Source: Bacteroidales bacterium UBA1756 (GTDB taxonomy: Bacteria; Bacteroidota; Bacteroidia; Bacteroidales; WCHB1-69). From it: 64,000 nt of DNA. A program made the translations under genes and the position numbers. The stretch covers positions 2,157 through 66,156 of the forward strand of contig DCHI01000031.1 in the NCBI GenBank assembly GCA_002314795.1. The letters are read 5' to 3'. Below the pieces are notes generated by a model. It saw only the letters and a list, made by a program, of their open reading frames with translations, was not told the origin of the DNA and did not search any database. Shown here in pieces: positions 1-8,128 of the stretch. How positions within the stretch are numbered: the first letter of the stretch is position 1; every line of letters begins with the position of its first letter.

Positions 1-539
1 CTCAGTTGGACGTGTTCTCCCGTTTGATGAAGGATCGTATCATTTTCCTCGGAGTTCCGATCGATGACGACGTGGCCAATATCATTCAGGCTCAGTTGCT
101 TTTCCTTGAATCCCAGGATGCGGAACGCGACATCCAGATTTATCTTAACTCTCCTGGCGGTTATGTTCACGCCGGATTGGGAATCTATGACACGATGCAG
201 TACATCCAGCCCGATGTTTCTACCATCTGCACCGGTATGGCAGCATCGATGGCGGCGGTTCTTCTTTGTGCCGGCGCACAAGGCAAGCGTTTCGCACTTC
301 CGCACTCCCGCGTGATGATTCATCAACCGCTCGGCGGCGCTCAAGGCCAGGCCTCTGATATTGAAATCGAAGCGAAAGAAATCCAGAAACTGAAAAAAGA
401 ACTTTATGAAATCATCTCCAAACACTCCGGCAAGGATTTTGACCAAGTGTGGAAGGACTGCGACCGCAATTATTGGATGATTGCCGCCGAAGCAAAAGAG
501 TATGGTATGATTGACGAGGTTCTTGGAAGAACAAAATAG
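1..539 (+). CDS. clpP: ATP-dependent Clp protease proteolytic subunit, 5' end cut by the window edge
   Basis: ORF open from the window start. It carries the ClpP serine motif [11 protein letters not shown] and the histidine motif MIHQPLGG, and clpX follows directly. Confidence 0.9.
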   Translation, partial: QLDVFSRLMKDRIIFLGVPIDDDVANIIQAQLLFLESQDAERDIQIYLNSPGGYVHAGLGIYDTMQYIQPDVSTICTGMAASMAAVLLCAGAQGKRFALPHSRVMIHQPLGGAQGQASDIEIEAKEIQKLKKELYEIISKHSGKDFDQVWKDCDRNYWMIAAEAKEYGMIDEVLGRTK

Positions 540-540
540 T

Positions 541-1809
541 ATGGCTAAACGTACGAAATCTGACAACTTTTGTAATTTTTGTGGCCGTCCAGAATCGGAT
601 GAAAATCCTCTGATTTATGGGCTTACGGGTGCCATTTGTGAAAATTGTATCCGCACTGCCGCCGATTTAATTCGAGACGCCCAAAAGAAACGTCAGTTGG
701 AAAGCAAGAAGAATTTTCAAGTTAAATTGCTTAAACCCAACGAAATAAAGGAACGCCTTGACCAGTATGTCATCGGTCAGGACGAAGCCAAAAAGGTGAT
801 TTCCGTCGCTGTCTATAATCATTATAAAAGAATTATGTATGCGGGAAATCCTGAAAATGATGTTGAAATTGAAAAGTCAAACATCATTATGGTAGGGGAT
901 ACGGGAACTGGTAAAACCTTGATTGCCAAGACGATTGCTAAAATGTTGGAAGTTCCGTTCTGTATCGCTGACGCCACCGTCTTTACGGAGGCCGGTTATG
1001 TGGGCGAAGATGTGGAAAGTATTCTTACTCGCTTGCTCCAAGCAGCCGACTACGACGTGGCGAAGGCCGAACGCGGTATCGTTTTCATTGACGAAATTGA
1101 TAAGATTGCCCGCAAAGGTGCTGACAATCCGTCCATTACGCGCGACGTATCCGGTGAAGGCGTGCAGCAGTCTTTGCTGAAGTTGTTGGAAGGTTCCAAG
1201 GTAAATGTTCCCCCGCAAGGAGGACGCAAACACCCGGAACAGCAGTTCATTGAAGTGGATACGCAAAACATCCTGTTCATTGGAAGCGGTGCTTTCAACA
1301 ATTTGGACAAGGTGATTTCTGAACGTATGAATACGAACGTGATTGGCTATAATGCAAAAAACCGCGTCATAGACAAGGACAATATGTTGCAATACGTTTC
1401 TGCACAAGACTTTAAGTCTTTCGGCTTGATTCCGGAACTGTGTGGCCGTTTCCCCGTCATCACCTACTTGAATGCGTTGGACGCGCCTGCACTGAAACGT
1501 ATTCTTACGGAGCCGAAAAATGCACTCGTCAAGCAATATGTCAAGTTGTTTGATTTGGATGGAATCCAACTTGAATTTTCAGACGATGCCATCGATTACA
1601 TTGTGGATAAGGCGGTTGAATTGAAATTGGGAGCACGTGGGCTGAGGTCCATCGTTGAAAAGATTATGACCAACGCGATGTACGAGTTCCCCAGTTCGCG
1701 CAAAAAGTCGATAACCATTACGAAAATGTATGCGCGTGAGCAATTCGAACAGTCGATTTTCCGATTTTTAGAGGACCAAACTGAGCATTCCAATGCTGCT
1801 AATAATTAA
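541..1809 (+). CDS. clpX: ATP-dependent Clp protease ATP-binding subunit ClpX
   Basis: ATG at 541, two nt after the clpP stop. N-terminal C4 zinc ribbon (CNFCGR...CENC), Walker A GDTGTGKT and Walker B FIDEIDKI. Confidence 0.95.
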   Translation: MAKRTKSDNFCNFCGRPESDENPLIYGLTGAICENCIRTAADLIRDAQKKRQLESKKNFQVKLLKPNEIKERLDQYVIGQDEAKKVISVAVYNHYKRIMYAGNPENDVEIEKSNIIMVGDTGTGKTLIAKTIAKMLEVPFCIADATVFTEAGYVGEDVESILTRLLQAADYDVAKAERGIVFIDEIDKIARKGADNPSITRDVSGEGVQQSLLKLLEGSKVNVPPQGGRKHPEQQFIEVDTQNILFIGSGAFNNLDKVISERMNTNVIGYNAKNRVIDKDNMLQYVSAQDFKSFGLIPELCGRFPVITYLNALDAPALKRILTEPKNALVKQYVKLFDLDGIQLEFSDDAIDYIVDKAVELKLGARGLRSIVEKIMTNAMYEFPSSRKKSITITKMYAREQFEQSIFRFLEDQTEHSNAANN

Positions 1810-1811
1810 AT

Positions 1812-3494
1812 ATGAAAGTTAAAAGTTTCTTGTTAATGTTTGTTGCTGTTATGGTAACAAACATTTTGTTTTCTCAGAATGTGAGAATTGATGCTAAATT
1901 GCTTAACAATACAGCATCTAAGGTTGAACTTCGTTCCGCATACGATACCGAAGCGCCCGTTTATGCCACGCTTGACATTAAGGGGGACGCGATTGCCGTT
2001 CGTGCCGAAATTCCGCAAACCGACCTCTTTGCCTTGGTTTTTGACGAAAAGACAAAGTTCCTGTTGTGTCTCAGTCCCAATGAAAAAATCAAGTTGACGA
2101 TTGATGTGGCAAATCCATTGCACGTTCCGCAAGTTTCTGGTTCACAGTCAATTCTGTTTTCAAAGCAACTCACCGATTTGCTCCTTTCTCGTCAGGATTG
2201 TTTGGACAGTCTGAATAGGGAAGTGCAAAACAACAAGACGCAAATCTATTTTTCATCTTTCGTTCCCTCATTCCGTACCTACATTCAGTCGGCGCAGGAA
2301 GCGGATGTTGACGTGGTCGCGGCCTTGGAACGCAATGACTCGTTGGTGAAACTCCTTGACCAGTGCGCTACGAATGGCGTCGTGAACAAAAAAATGGCCG
2401 ATCAGTTTATGTACGAGTCAATCAAGCACCTCAAGTTGATGAAGAACTATTACGCAACGTTCACCAATCATCTCAGTACTGTGGCCGAAAATTTTGACAT
2501 CAATGGCTTGGGAAAGGTGGATGGCTATACTGATTTCTACAAGGATTTGTCTTTGTTTTCTTCTTCCATAAATGAACATAATGCTTTGATTAAAAACTTG
2601 ATGCAAGATTATTGCGATAAAGTGGCCTCCTTGCTTTCTGCGTATGATGACCAGTTTTATGATGGCAAGTTGGATGCTCCGAAAGCGAAATTGAATTTCT
2701 GCAATGAAATCGCTTCCATCGTTTTCCAATATGGTCCCGCGGCTTCAAAGAAGAAAAGTGATATTGAATCTAATTCCTTGTTAATGAAGACAATGGGAAA
2801 CAAGATTGCTACGGATGCACAAAATAACATTGAAAAAATCGTTGCTTCCTATCAAAAACAGTTCAATGAAAAGAATGAGCAGATTGCTAATCAGTCCCGC
2901 AGTATGATGGTGGAACACAAGAGTGATTTGGCCTCTTTGATGTTTTTGGATAATTTTTCACAGGACAAGGCGTTGCAGTCGGAAGTGATTACGGCGCTTC
3001 ACGAGGCCTATCCTGAACACGCCTTGGTTACAGAACGTTACAATAAGATTAACAATCCTCAGTTCCGTACCTCCGAAGGAAGCATCGCCCCCGAATTGGA
3101 ATTTTCAGACCCGACCGGAAAGGTTCGCAAACTTTCAGATTTGCGTGGCAAGGTCGTTCTGATTGATTTCTGGGCTTCTTGGTGTGGTCCGTGCCGTCGC
3201 GAAAATCCGCACGTCGTGGCTATGTACGCAAAGTACCACGACAAGGGCTTTGAGGTCTTCAGTGTCTCCTTGGATAATAACCGTGACAAGTGGATTGAGG
3301 CGATTGCCAAAGACAATCTGTCTTGGCCTAACCACGTCAGCGACTTGAAAGGGTGGGGTTCGGCTGCGGCCAAACTGTATGGTGTCAATTCCATCCCTTG
3401 CACGTTCTTGATTGACCAGGAGGGACGTATCATTGCGAAAGGCCTTCGTGGTCAGCAGCTTACTGACGTTTTGGAACGTATTTTCGGTAAATAA
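1812..3494 (+). CDS. TlpA/AhpC-like thiol-disulfide oxidoreductase with a long N-terminal extension, secreted
   Basis: N-terminal signal peptide. The C-terminal thioredoxin fold has WASWCGPC, preceded by about 400 aa of non-thioredoxin sequence. Confidence 0.75.
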   Translation: MKVKSFLLMFVAVMVTNILFSQNVRIDAKLLNNTASKVELRSAYDTEAPVYATLDIKGDAIAVRAEIPQTDLFALVFDEKTKFLLCLSPNEKIKLTIDVANPLHVPQVSGSQSILFSKQLTDLLLSRQDCLDSLNREVQNNKTQIYFSSFVPSFRTYIQSAQEADVDVVAALERNDSLVKLLDQCATNGVVNKKMADQFMYESIKHLKLMKNYYATFTNHLSTVAENFDINGLGKVDGYTDFYKDLSLFSSSINEHNALIKNLMQDYCDKVASLLSAYDDQFYDGKLDAPKAKLNFCNEIASIVFQYGPAASKKKSDIESNSLLMKTMGNKIATDAQNNIEKIVASYQKQFNEKNEQIANQSRSMMVEHKSDLASLMFLDNFSQDKALQSEVITALHEAYPEHALVTERYNKINNPQFRTSEGSIAPELEFSDPTGKVRKLSDLRGKVVLIDFWASWCGPCRRENPHVVAMYAKYHDKGFEVFSVSLDNNRDKWIEAIAKDNLSWPNHVSDLKGWGSAAAKLYGVNSIPCTFLIDQEGRIIAKGLRGQQLTDVLERIFGK

Positions 3495-3502
3495 TCCAAT
3501 CT

Positions 3503-4282
3503 ATGAGAAAGGTTCTTCCCCTTCTTCTCCTTACCATCATCGGTTTCTCGCTAATGGCGCAGGATAGCGTCCGTGTGGTGGAAAAGGTGATGGGGGAGTG
3601 GTTGACGGCAGATCCCAACGGAAACATTTACCTTGTTGATGGTCAGCGTCTTATCAAGTGCGACGCGGACGGAAATCTCCTTTACACATACGATGATGCT
3701 TTTTATGGCGCCATTACTTCCATTGACGTTGACAACCCGATGAAAATTATGGTGTTCTACCGTGAGAGCGGGCGAATCGTTTTTTTGGATGAACGTCTGT
3801 CTCCGGTAACCGAGCCGTTGGATTTGTTTTCTCACGAATATTTGAATATCACCCTCGCCGCGTTTTCAACCGACAACTTGATCTGGTTGTATGACGAAAC
3901 GCACAATGAGTTGCTTTGCGTGGATTTCTATTTGAAAGGAGTGTCTCGCAATCGTTTGACAATCAGTGATTTCAAGCCGAGTCAGCTATTGGCTTGTCAA
4001 GAAAAGTTCCTTTTGATGAACAATCCGGGGGATGGCGTCTATTTTTTTGATGGTTTTGGAACATTCGTGAAGCGTTTGCCATTTGTAGCGGAAGCGCTTT
4101 GCGGTTTTTATCGAAACAAACTCTGTTTTTTAACGGAAAACGAATTGTGCCATTACGACCATCAACTAATGGAATTGGTTAAGACGCCGCGTCCGAAGGG
4201 GGCGATTTCTGTTGTGGAAACTTTATCGCATTTATACTATTTGGATGAAAGTCAACGTTTAAACATCGTTTTTCGCAAATGA
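3503..4282 (+). CDS. hypothetical secreted protein
   Basis: 259-aa ORF with a signal-peptide-like N-terminus (LLLLTIIGFSLMAQ), packed tightly after the TlpA-like gene. I recognise no family. Confidence 0.6.
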   Translation: MRKVLPLLLLTIIGFSLMAQDSVRVVEKVMGEWLTADPNGNIYLVDGQRLIKCDADGNLLYTYDDAFYGAITSIDVDNPMKIMVFYRESGRIVFLDERLSPVTEPLDLFSHEYLNITLAAFSTDNLIWLYDETHNELLCVDFYLKGVSRNRLTISDFKPSQLLACQEKFLLMNNPGDGVYFFDGFGTFVKRLPFVAEALCGFYRNKLCFLTENELCHYDHQLMELVKTPRPKGAISVVETLSHLYYLDESQRLNIVFRK

Positions 4283-5232
4283 AAAAGTTGACATTCATTC
4301 TATTCCTGTCTCTTTCGTTTTCTGCTTTTGGGCAGAAGAATTTCGATTTTCGTTTTTGGGAAGATTCGTTGGGTCGCTTGCGCGAGGAGGTGATGTCGGC
4401 TCCGCGCGAAATGGAACGTTATTCGTTGAATGAGGATTTTATGAACCTGTTGGATCACGTTCTTAATCAGAAGAACTCCTTCAAGTTCGGTTGGGATTCT
4501 GTCAAGAATTTTTCGGTTCTGACTTCGCCCGACAAGCTGTTTAAAATATTTACTTGGTTTGTTCCGAAAGATGATTATACGGTAGAAAATTACGGTTTCA
4601 TACAGGTTTATAACGAAGGTCGTAAAAAGTATGTGCTTTATCCATTGGTAGATAAACGCGCCTCGATGGACTATCCGCGGACGAACATCGGAAATCACAA
4701 CAAATGGTTCGGTGCTGTCTATTACAAACTTGTTCCGTTGAAATCGAAGACGCGCACCTATTACACGCTGTTGGGCTGGAACGGGAACGATATGTTTACC
4801 AACCAGAAAGTGATTGAAGTATTGTACTTTAAGTCAGATATGTCACCGGTTTTCGGAGCCAATATTTTTAAAAAATATCCGGAGAAATCCTATCGGATTA
4901 TTTTTGATTATGCGAAGAACTCCGTTTTTACTTTAAAGTACGAATACCAGTCGTACGATGTGAGCACGGGGCGGCGCGATCCGAAAACGCACAAGGTCAT
5001 TTATGAAAGTGAGTCCAGTGATATGATTATCTTTGACTTCTTGGCCCCGTTGGACGATGCGATGGGGAATATCCCTTCGTTTATGTATCCGGAATCGAGT
5101 ATGAGCCAGGGCTTTGTCCCAGACAACGGCAAGTGGCTCTTTATCAATAGTGTAAAGGGGCGCAATCCGGACAAGGAAAGGCCGGCGTATCAACCGAAGG
5201 AGCGAGAGTTCTATCGGGTGTCGGGTTCGTAA
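4279..5232 (+). CDS. hypothetical secreted protein
   Basis: 317-aa ORF with a signal peptide (FILFLSLSFSAFGQ). Its ATG overlaps the upstream stop (ATGA), suggesting translational coupling. Confidence 0.6.
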   Translation: MKKLTFILFLSLSFSAFGQKNFDFRFWEDSLGRLREEVMSAPREMERYSLNEDFMNLLDHVLNQKNSFKFGWDSVKNFSVLTSPDKLFKIFTWFVPKDDYTVENYGFIQVYNEGRKKYVLYPLVDKRASMDYPRTNIGNHNKWFGAVYYKLVPLKSKTRTYYTLLGWNGNDMFTNQKVIEVLYFKSDMSPVFGANIFKKYPEKSYRIIFDYAKNSVFTLKYEYQSYDVSTGRRDPKTHKVIYESESSDMIIFDFLAPLDDAMGNIPSFMYPESSMSQGFVPDNGKWLFINSVKGRNPDKERPAYQPKEREFYRVSGS

Positions 5233-5250
5233 AAAAGAAAGCAAAAAAAT

Positions 5251-5290
5251 AAGGCCTCAAATCATTGTGATTTAAGGCCTTTTCCTTTTC
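5251..5290. terminator. bidirectional rho-independent terminator
   Basis: Inverted repeat AAGGCCTCAAATCA / TGATTTAAGGCCTT with one mismatch. An A-run lies on the left and a T-run on the right, between a + strand CDS and the - strand tRNA. Confidence 0.7.
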
Positions 5291-5296
5291 AATTTG

Positions 5297-5380
5297 TGCC
5301 CAAGACAAGAGTCGAACTTGCACGAGCTAACGCTCACCACCCCCTCAAAGTGGCGTGTCTACCAATTCCACCACCTGGGC
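5297..5380 (-). tRNA. tRNA-Leu (anticodon GAG), type II with long variable arm
   Basis: The reverse complement folds as a cloverleaf: acceptor GCCCAGG/CTTGGGC, anticodon stem CCACT/GGTGG with loop TTGAGGG, and T-arm GCAAG-TTCGACT-CTTGT. No CCA is encoded. Confidence 0.9.
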
Positions 5381-5394
5381 TCATTTTGAGGTTG

Positions 5395-5402
5395 CAAAAA
5401 TA
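5395..5402 (-). promoter_or_regulatory. Bacteroidota -7 box (TATTTTTG) for tRNA-Leu(GAG)
   Basis: The minus strand reads TATTTTTGCAACC, ending about 14 nt upstream of the tRNA 5' end. It matches the known TAnnTTTG consensus. Confidence 0.5.
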
Positions 5403-5606
5403 CGCTTTTTTTAATTCGCAACCCCCATTCTGAAAAAAAAATATCGTTTGTTTTAAATGGTTGATTATTAGTCTGCTATATTCTTTTTCTGCATTGTCTG
5501 TTCGGTCGATTACGTCCATACTGCCTCGCATTGTCCTCTTTTTTGGAAGAAAATGAAGCAATCAGCCCCAAAATGCTTTGAAAAATCCACCTTATCCTAC
5601 CCTTCC

Positions 5607-5675
5607 AAACTTTTATAAACTTTATAAACTTTATGAACTTTATGAACTTTATGAACTTTATGAACTTTACAAACC
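5607..5675 (+). repeat. 9-bp tandem array: TAAACTTTA x2, TGAACTTTA x4, with degenerate flanking copies
   Basis: Read directly. Perfect 9-nt phase from 5616 to 5669, with a degenerate copy on each side. The array is intergenic. Confidence 0.9.
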
Positions 5676-5700
5676 AAATTGCCAATCCATAGAAAAATCG

Positions 5701-5708
5701 TACCTTTG
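5701..5708 (+). promoter_or_regulatory. Bacteroidota -7 box (TACCTTTG) for the porin-like gene
   Basis: TACCTTTGCAG lies 36 nt upstream of the ATG at 5744. Confidence 0.5.
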
Positions 5709-5743
5709 CAGTCTCATTTGAAATTTGAAAAAGTAATTGTAAA

Positions 5744-6877
5744 ATGCTTGCATTAAGGAAGTTAACTTTGTTAGGACTGCTCTGTTTCGCTTTTTTTTCT
5801 CCCATTTTTTTGTCAGCACAGGACAGCACCTCCCATCGCTTTACCCATCTCGCCATTGAAGTTCGTGCTGATGCGGACTTTTTTTATGACTACGGACGTC
5901 AGTATTTGCCTAATGTTGTAGATAATGGCACTTTTTATGATACCACTCGTTACGGGCTTCACGGTCGCTATTTCAACATCCGCCTTGGTGGCGAGTTCGG
6001 CAAGGGTTTTTCCTACTTTTTCCATCAACGTGTCATCGCCAATCCCGGCACCTCGTCTCTTTTTGACAATACCGACTTTCTCTATTTGCAATATACGCTC
6101 AGGGACCGGTGGGCTTTTCGTGTAGGCAAGGAAGCGCTGTCCATCGGCGGTTTTGAGTATGATGCGGCTCCGATTGATGTCTATTTCCGGTCATACTTTT
6201 GGGATAATATCTACTGCTTCCAACTTGCCGGTTCCGCTATGTATCTGGATAAGAGTGGCCATAATAAGTTGACTCTGCAGATTTCAAATTCTCCCTACGT
6301 CTATTATACGGGAACCGGAAAGGAGTGGGGACAGGGACTTCTGGGCTATAGTTTGATGTGGAACGGTAATTTTACGCATTTTCAGTCTCTTTATTCAATT
6401 AACTTTTTTGAAAGAGAAAGAGGCAAGTTCGTCAATTACATCTCTTTAGGTAATAGATTGAAATTCAATTGGTGGAGCTGGTACATCGATTATCAGAATC
6501 GTTCCTTCGGTTTGGACAAGCACTTTTTTGATAATTTCTTTGTCATTTCGCGTATGGATTTCAGAGTTCATTCCTTCAATATTTTCTTGAAAGGTGGCTA
6601 TGAACAGAATATGGCGGATGCGGCCACGGTTCTCAATCCGGAAATTCAGGTGAAAGACCCTTTGATGGAACCGGGACAGCGTCGGGTCTTTTACGGCATC
6701 GGAATGGAATTTCGTCCGGCCCGTTGTCCGTCCGTCCGCATTCACGCCAATGTCAGTCACGTAAACTATATTCCAAAGTATAAATATGAAAGTACGAATG
6801 GTGGCTCCTTCAATGTGAACCTGGGAGTCACGTGGAAAATTGATTTCCTTCGTTATTTCCCAAAATTAAGTAAGTAA
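5744..6877 (+). CDS. putative outer-membrane beta-barrel porin
   Basis: Signal peptide ending SAQ, alternating aromatic/Gly-rich strand pattern, and an aromatic-rich C-terminal region (WKIDFLRYF, 6 aa before the stop). The family assignment is uncertain. Confidence 0.5.
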   Translation: MLALRKLTLLGLLCFAFFSPIFLSAQDSTSHRFTHLAIEVRADADFFYDYGRQYLPNVVDNGTFYDTTRYGLHGRYFNIRLGGEFGKGFSYFFHQRVIANPGTSSLFDNTDFLYLQYTLRDRWAFRVGKEALSIGGFEYDAAPIDVYFRSYFWDNIYCFQLAGSAMYLDKSGHNKLTLQISNSPYVYYTGTGKEWGQGLLGYSLMWNGNFTHFQSLYSINFFERERGKFVNYISLGNRLKFNWWSWYIDYQNRSFGLDKHFFDNFFVISRMDFRVHSFNIFLKGGYEQNMADAATVLNPEIQVKDPLMEPGQRRVFYGIGMEFRPARCPSVRIHANVSHVNYIPKYKYESTNGGSFNVNLGVTWKIDFLRYFPKLSK

Positions 6878-6885
6878 TTATTATT

Positions 6886-8079
6886 ATGTTTTCCAAAAAG
6901 TATCGGACATTTGCACGTCTATTTTCCCACAAAACCTACGTACGCATTCTTAAGAACAGAAAACCTTGGGAGACAGTCATCTTCCTCGTCGTTTTTTTAG
7001 GTTTTTTCGGCGGATTGTCAGCTGTGATGACACTCCCGCAAATGCTGAATACGTTTATGCAGACGGCCTATCATTTGTTGATGGAGACTGTCTTGTACAT
7101 TATGGCCATCACCGTGATGACCGGCGCCATCAGCAAACTTTTTGTGGAATTTGGTGTTGTCCGTTGGATGGAATTGGCTCTTCGGCCTTTGATGAAACCT
7201 TTGTACAACCTGCCGGGCATCGCCTCTTTGGGTGCTGTAATGACTTTCCTGAGTGACAATCCCGCCATCATCACCCTTTCCAAGGAAAAGAGTTTCCGCC
7301 AGTATTTCAAACAGTACCAGCTGGTCTCGCTGACGAATTTCGGAACGGCTTTTGGTATGGGATTGGTGGTGATTGCTTTTATGGTTGGAAAAGGTTACGG
7401 CACCGGTGCTGCAGTGGGTTTGATTGGTGCTATTATCGGAAGCATTATCTCCACCCGTTTGATGCAACGTTTTACACTGAAATCTTATCCGGAATTGGAT
7501 ACAGAACTTGCTGATATTAAAAATGTTGACGATAATAACGAACGCGTTGATCAGCCCAAAACGAGTACGTTTATGCGTGTTTTGAATGCTATTCTGGATG
7601 GCGGAAAGACGGGCGTGGATATCGGTGTCGCTATCATTCCGGGCGTTTTAGTTATCTCAACCATCGTAATGATGCTCACGTTTGGTCCCGCCAACGGAAC
7701 TTCCTACACGGGAGTCGCGTACGAAGGTGTGCCGGTAATTCCTTGGTTGGCCGATAAGGTTGACTTCATTTTCAAATGGCTTTTCGGTTTTGAACATCCC
7801 GAATTAATCTCTTTCCCGATCACCGCGCTGGGTGCTGTCGGTGCCGCTTTGGGACTTGTCCCGACGTTCGACGCCGCAGGTCTGCTTGATAACAACGCCA
7901 TCGCTGTCTTCACGGCAATGGGTATGTGCTGGAGCGGCTATTTGAGCACGCACACGGCTATGTTGGATTCAATGGGCTACCGCAAACTTATTACGAAAGC
8001 GATTGGCGCTCATACTATTGGTGGACTCTTTGCCGGAATATCGGCGCACTGGATTTTTGTGCTCATCTCATTGATTTAG
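6886..8079 (+). CDS. polytopic inner-membrane protein, nucleoside-recognition (GATE) domain / YjiH-like transporter
   Basis: Multiple hydrophobic helices. The segment LRPLMKPLYNLPGIASLGAVMTFLSDNPA resembles GATE-domain proteins from memory. Confidence 0.55.
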   Translation: MFSKKYRTFARLFSHKTYVRILKNRKPWETVIFLVVFLGFFGGLSAVMTLPQMLNTFMQTAYHLLMETVLYIMAITVMTGAISKLFVEFGVVRWMELALRPLMKPLYNLPGIASLGAVMTFLSDNPAIITLSKEKSFRQYFKQYQLVSLTNFGTAFGMGLVVIAFMVGKGYGTGAAVGLIGAIIGSIISTRLMQRFTLKSYPELDTELADIKNVDDNNERVDQPKTSTFMRVLNAILDGGKTGVDIGVAIIPGVLVISTIVMMLTFGPANGTSYTGVAYEGVPVIPWLADKVDFIFKWLFGFEHPELISFPITALGAVGAALGLVPTFDAAGLLDNNAIAVFTAMGMCWSGYLSTHTAMLDSMGYRKLITKAIGAHTIGGLFAGISAHWIFVLISLI

Positions 8080-8128
8080 TTTTTCCTTTTTTAAACTCAA
8101 AAAAGAAAAAATGTCAAAGCCGCGTTTT

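Noticed and set aside
1602-1610. Perfect DnaA-box complement TGTGGATAA
   Set aside because: It is a single copy inside the clpX coding sequence. There is no cluster of boxes, AT-rich unwinding element or dnaA/dnaN context, so I treat it as a chance occurrence.
5476-5856. 126-aa minus-strand ORF containing KFIKFIKFIKFIKFIKFIK
   Set aside because: The open frame is a by-product of the stop-free 9-bp array. It overlaps the promoter and start of the well-supported 5744 gene on the other strand, and it has no promoter box or sensible N-terminus.
7926-8128. N-terminal extension of the TonB-dependent-like ORF
   Set aside because: It overlaps the 3' end of the preceding membrane-protein gene. The signal peptide only makes sense from the ATG at 8129 or 8141.
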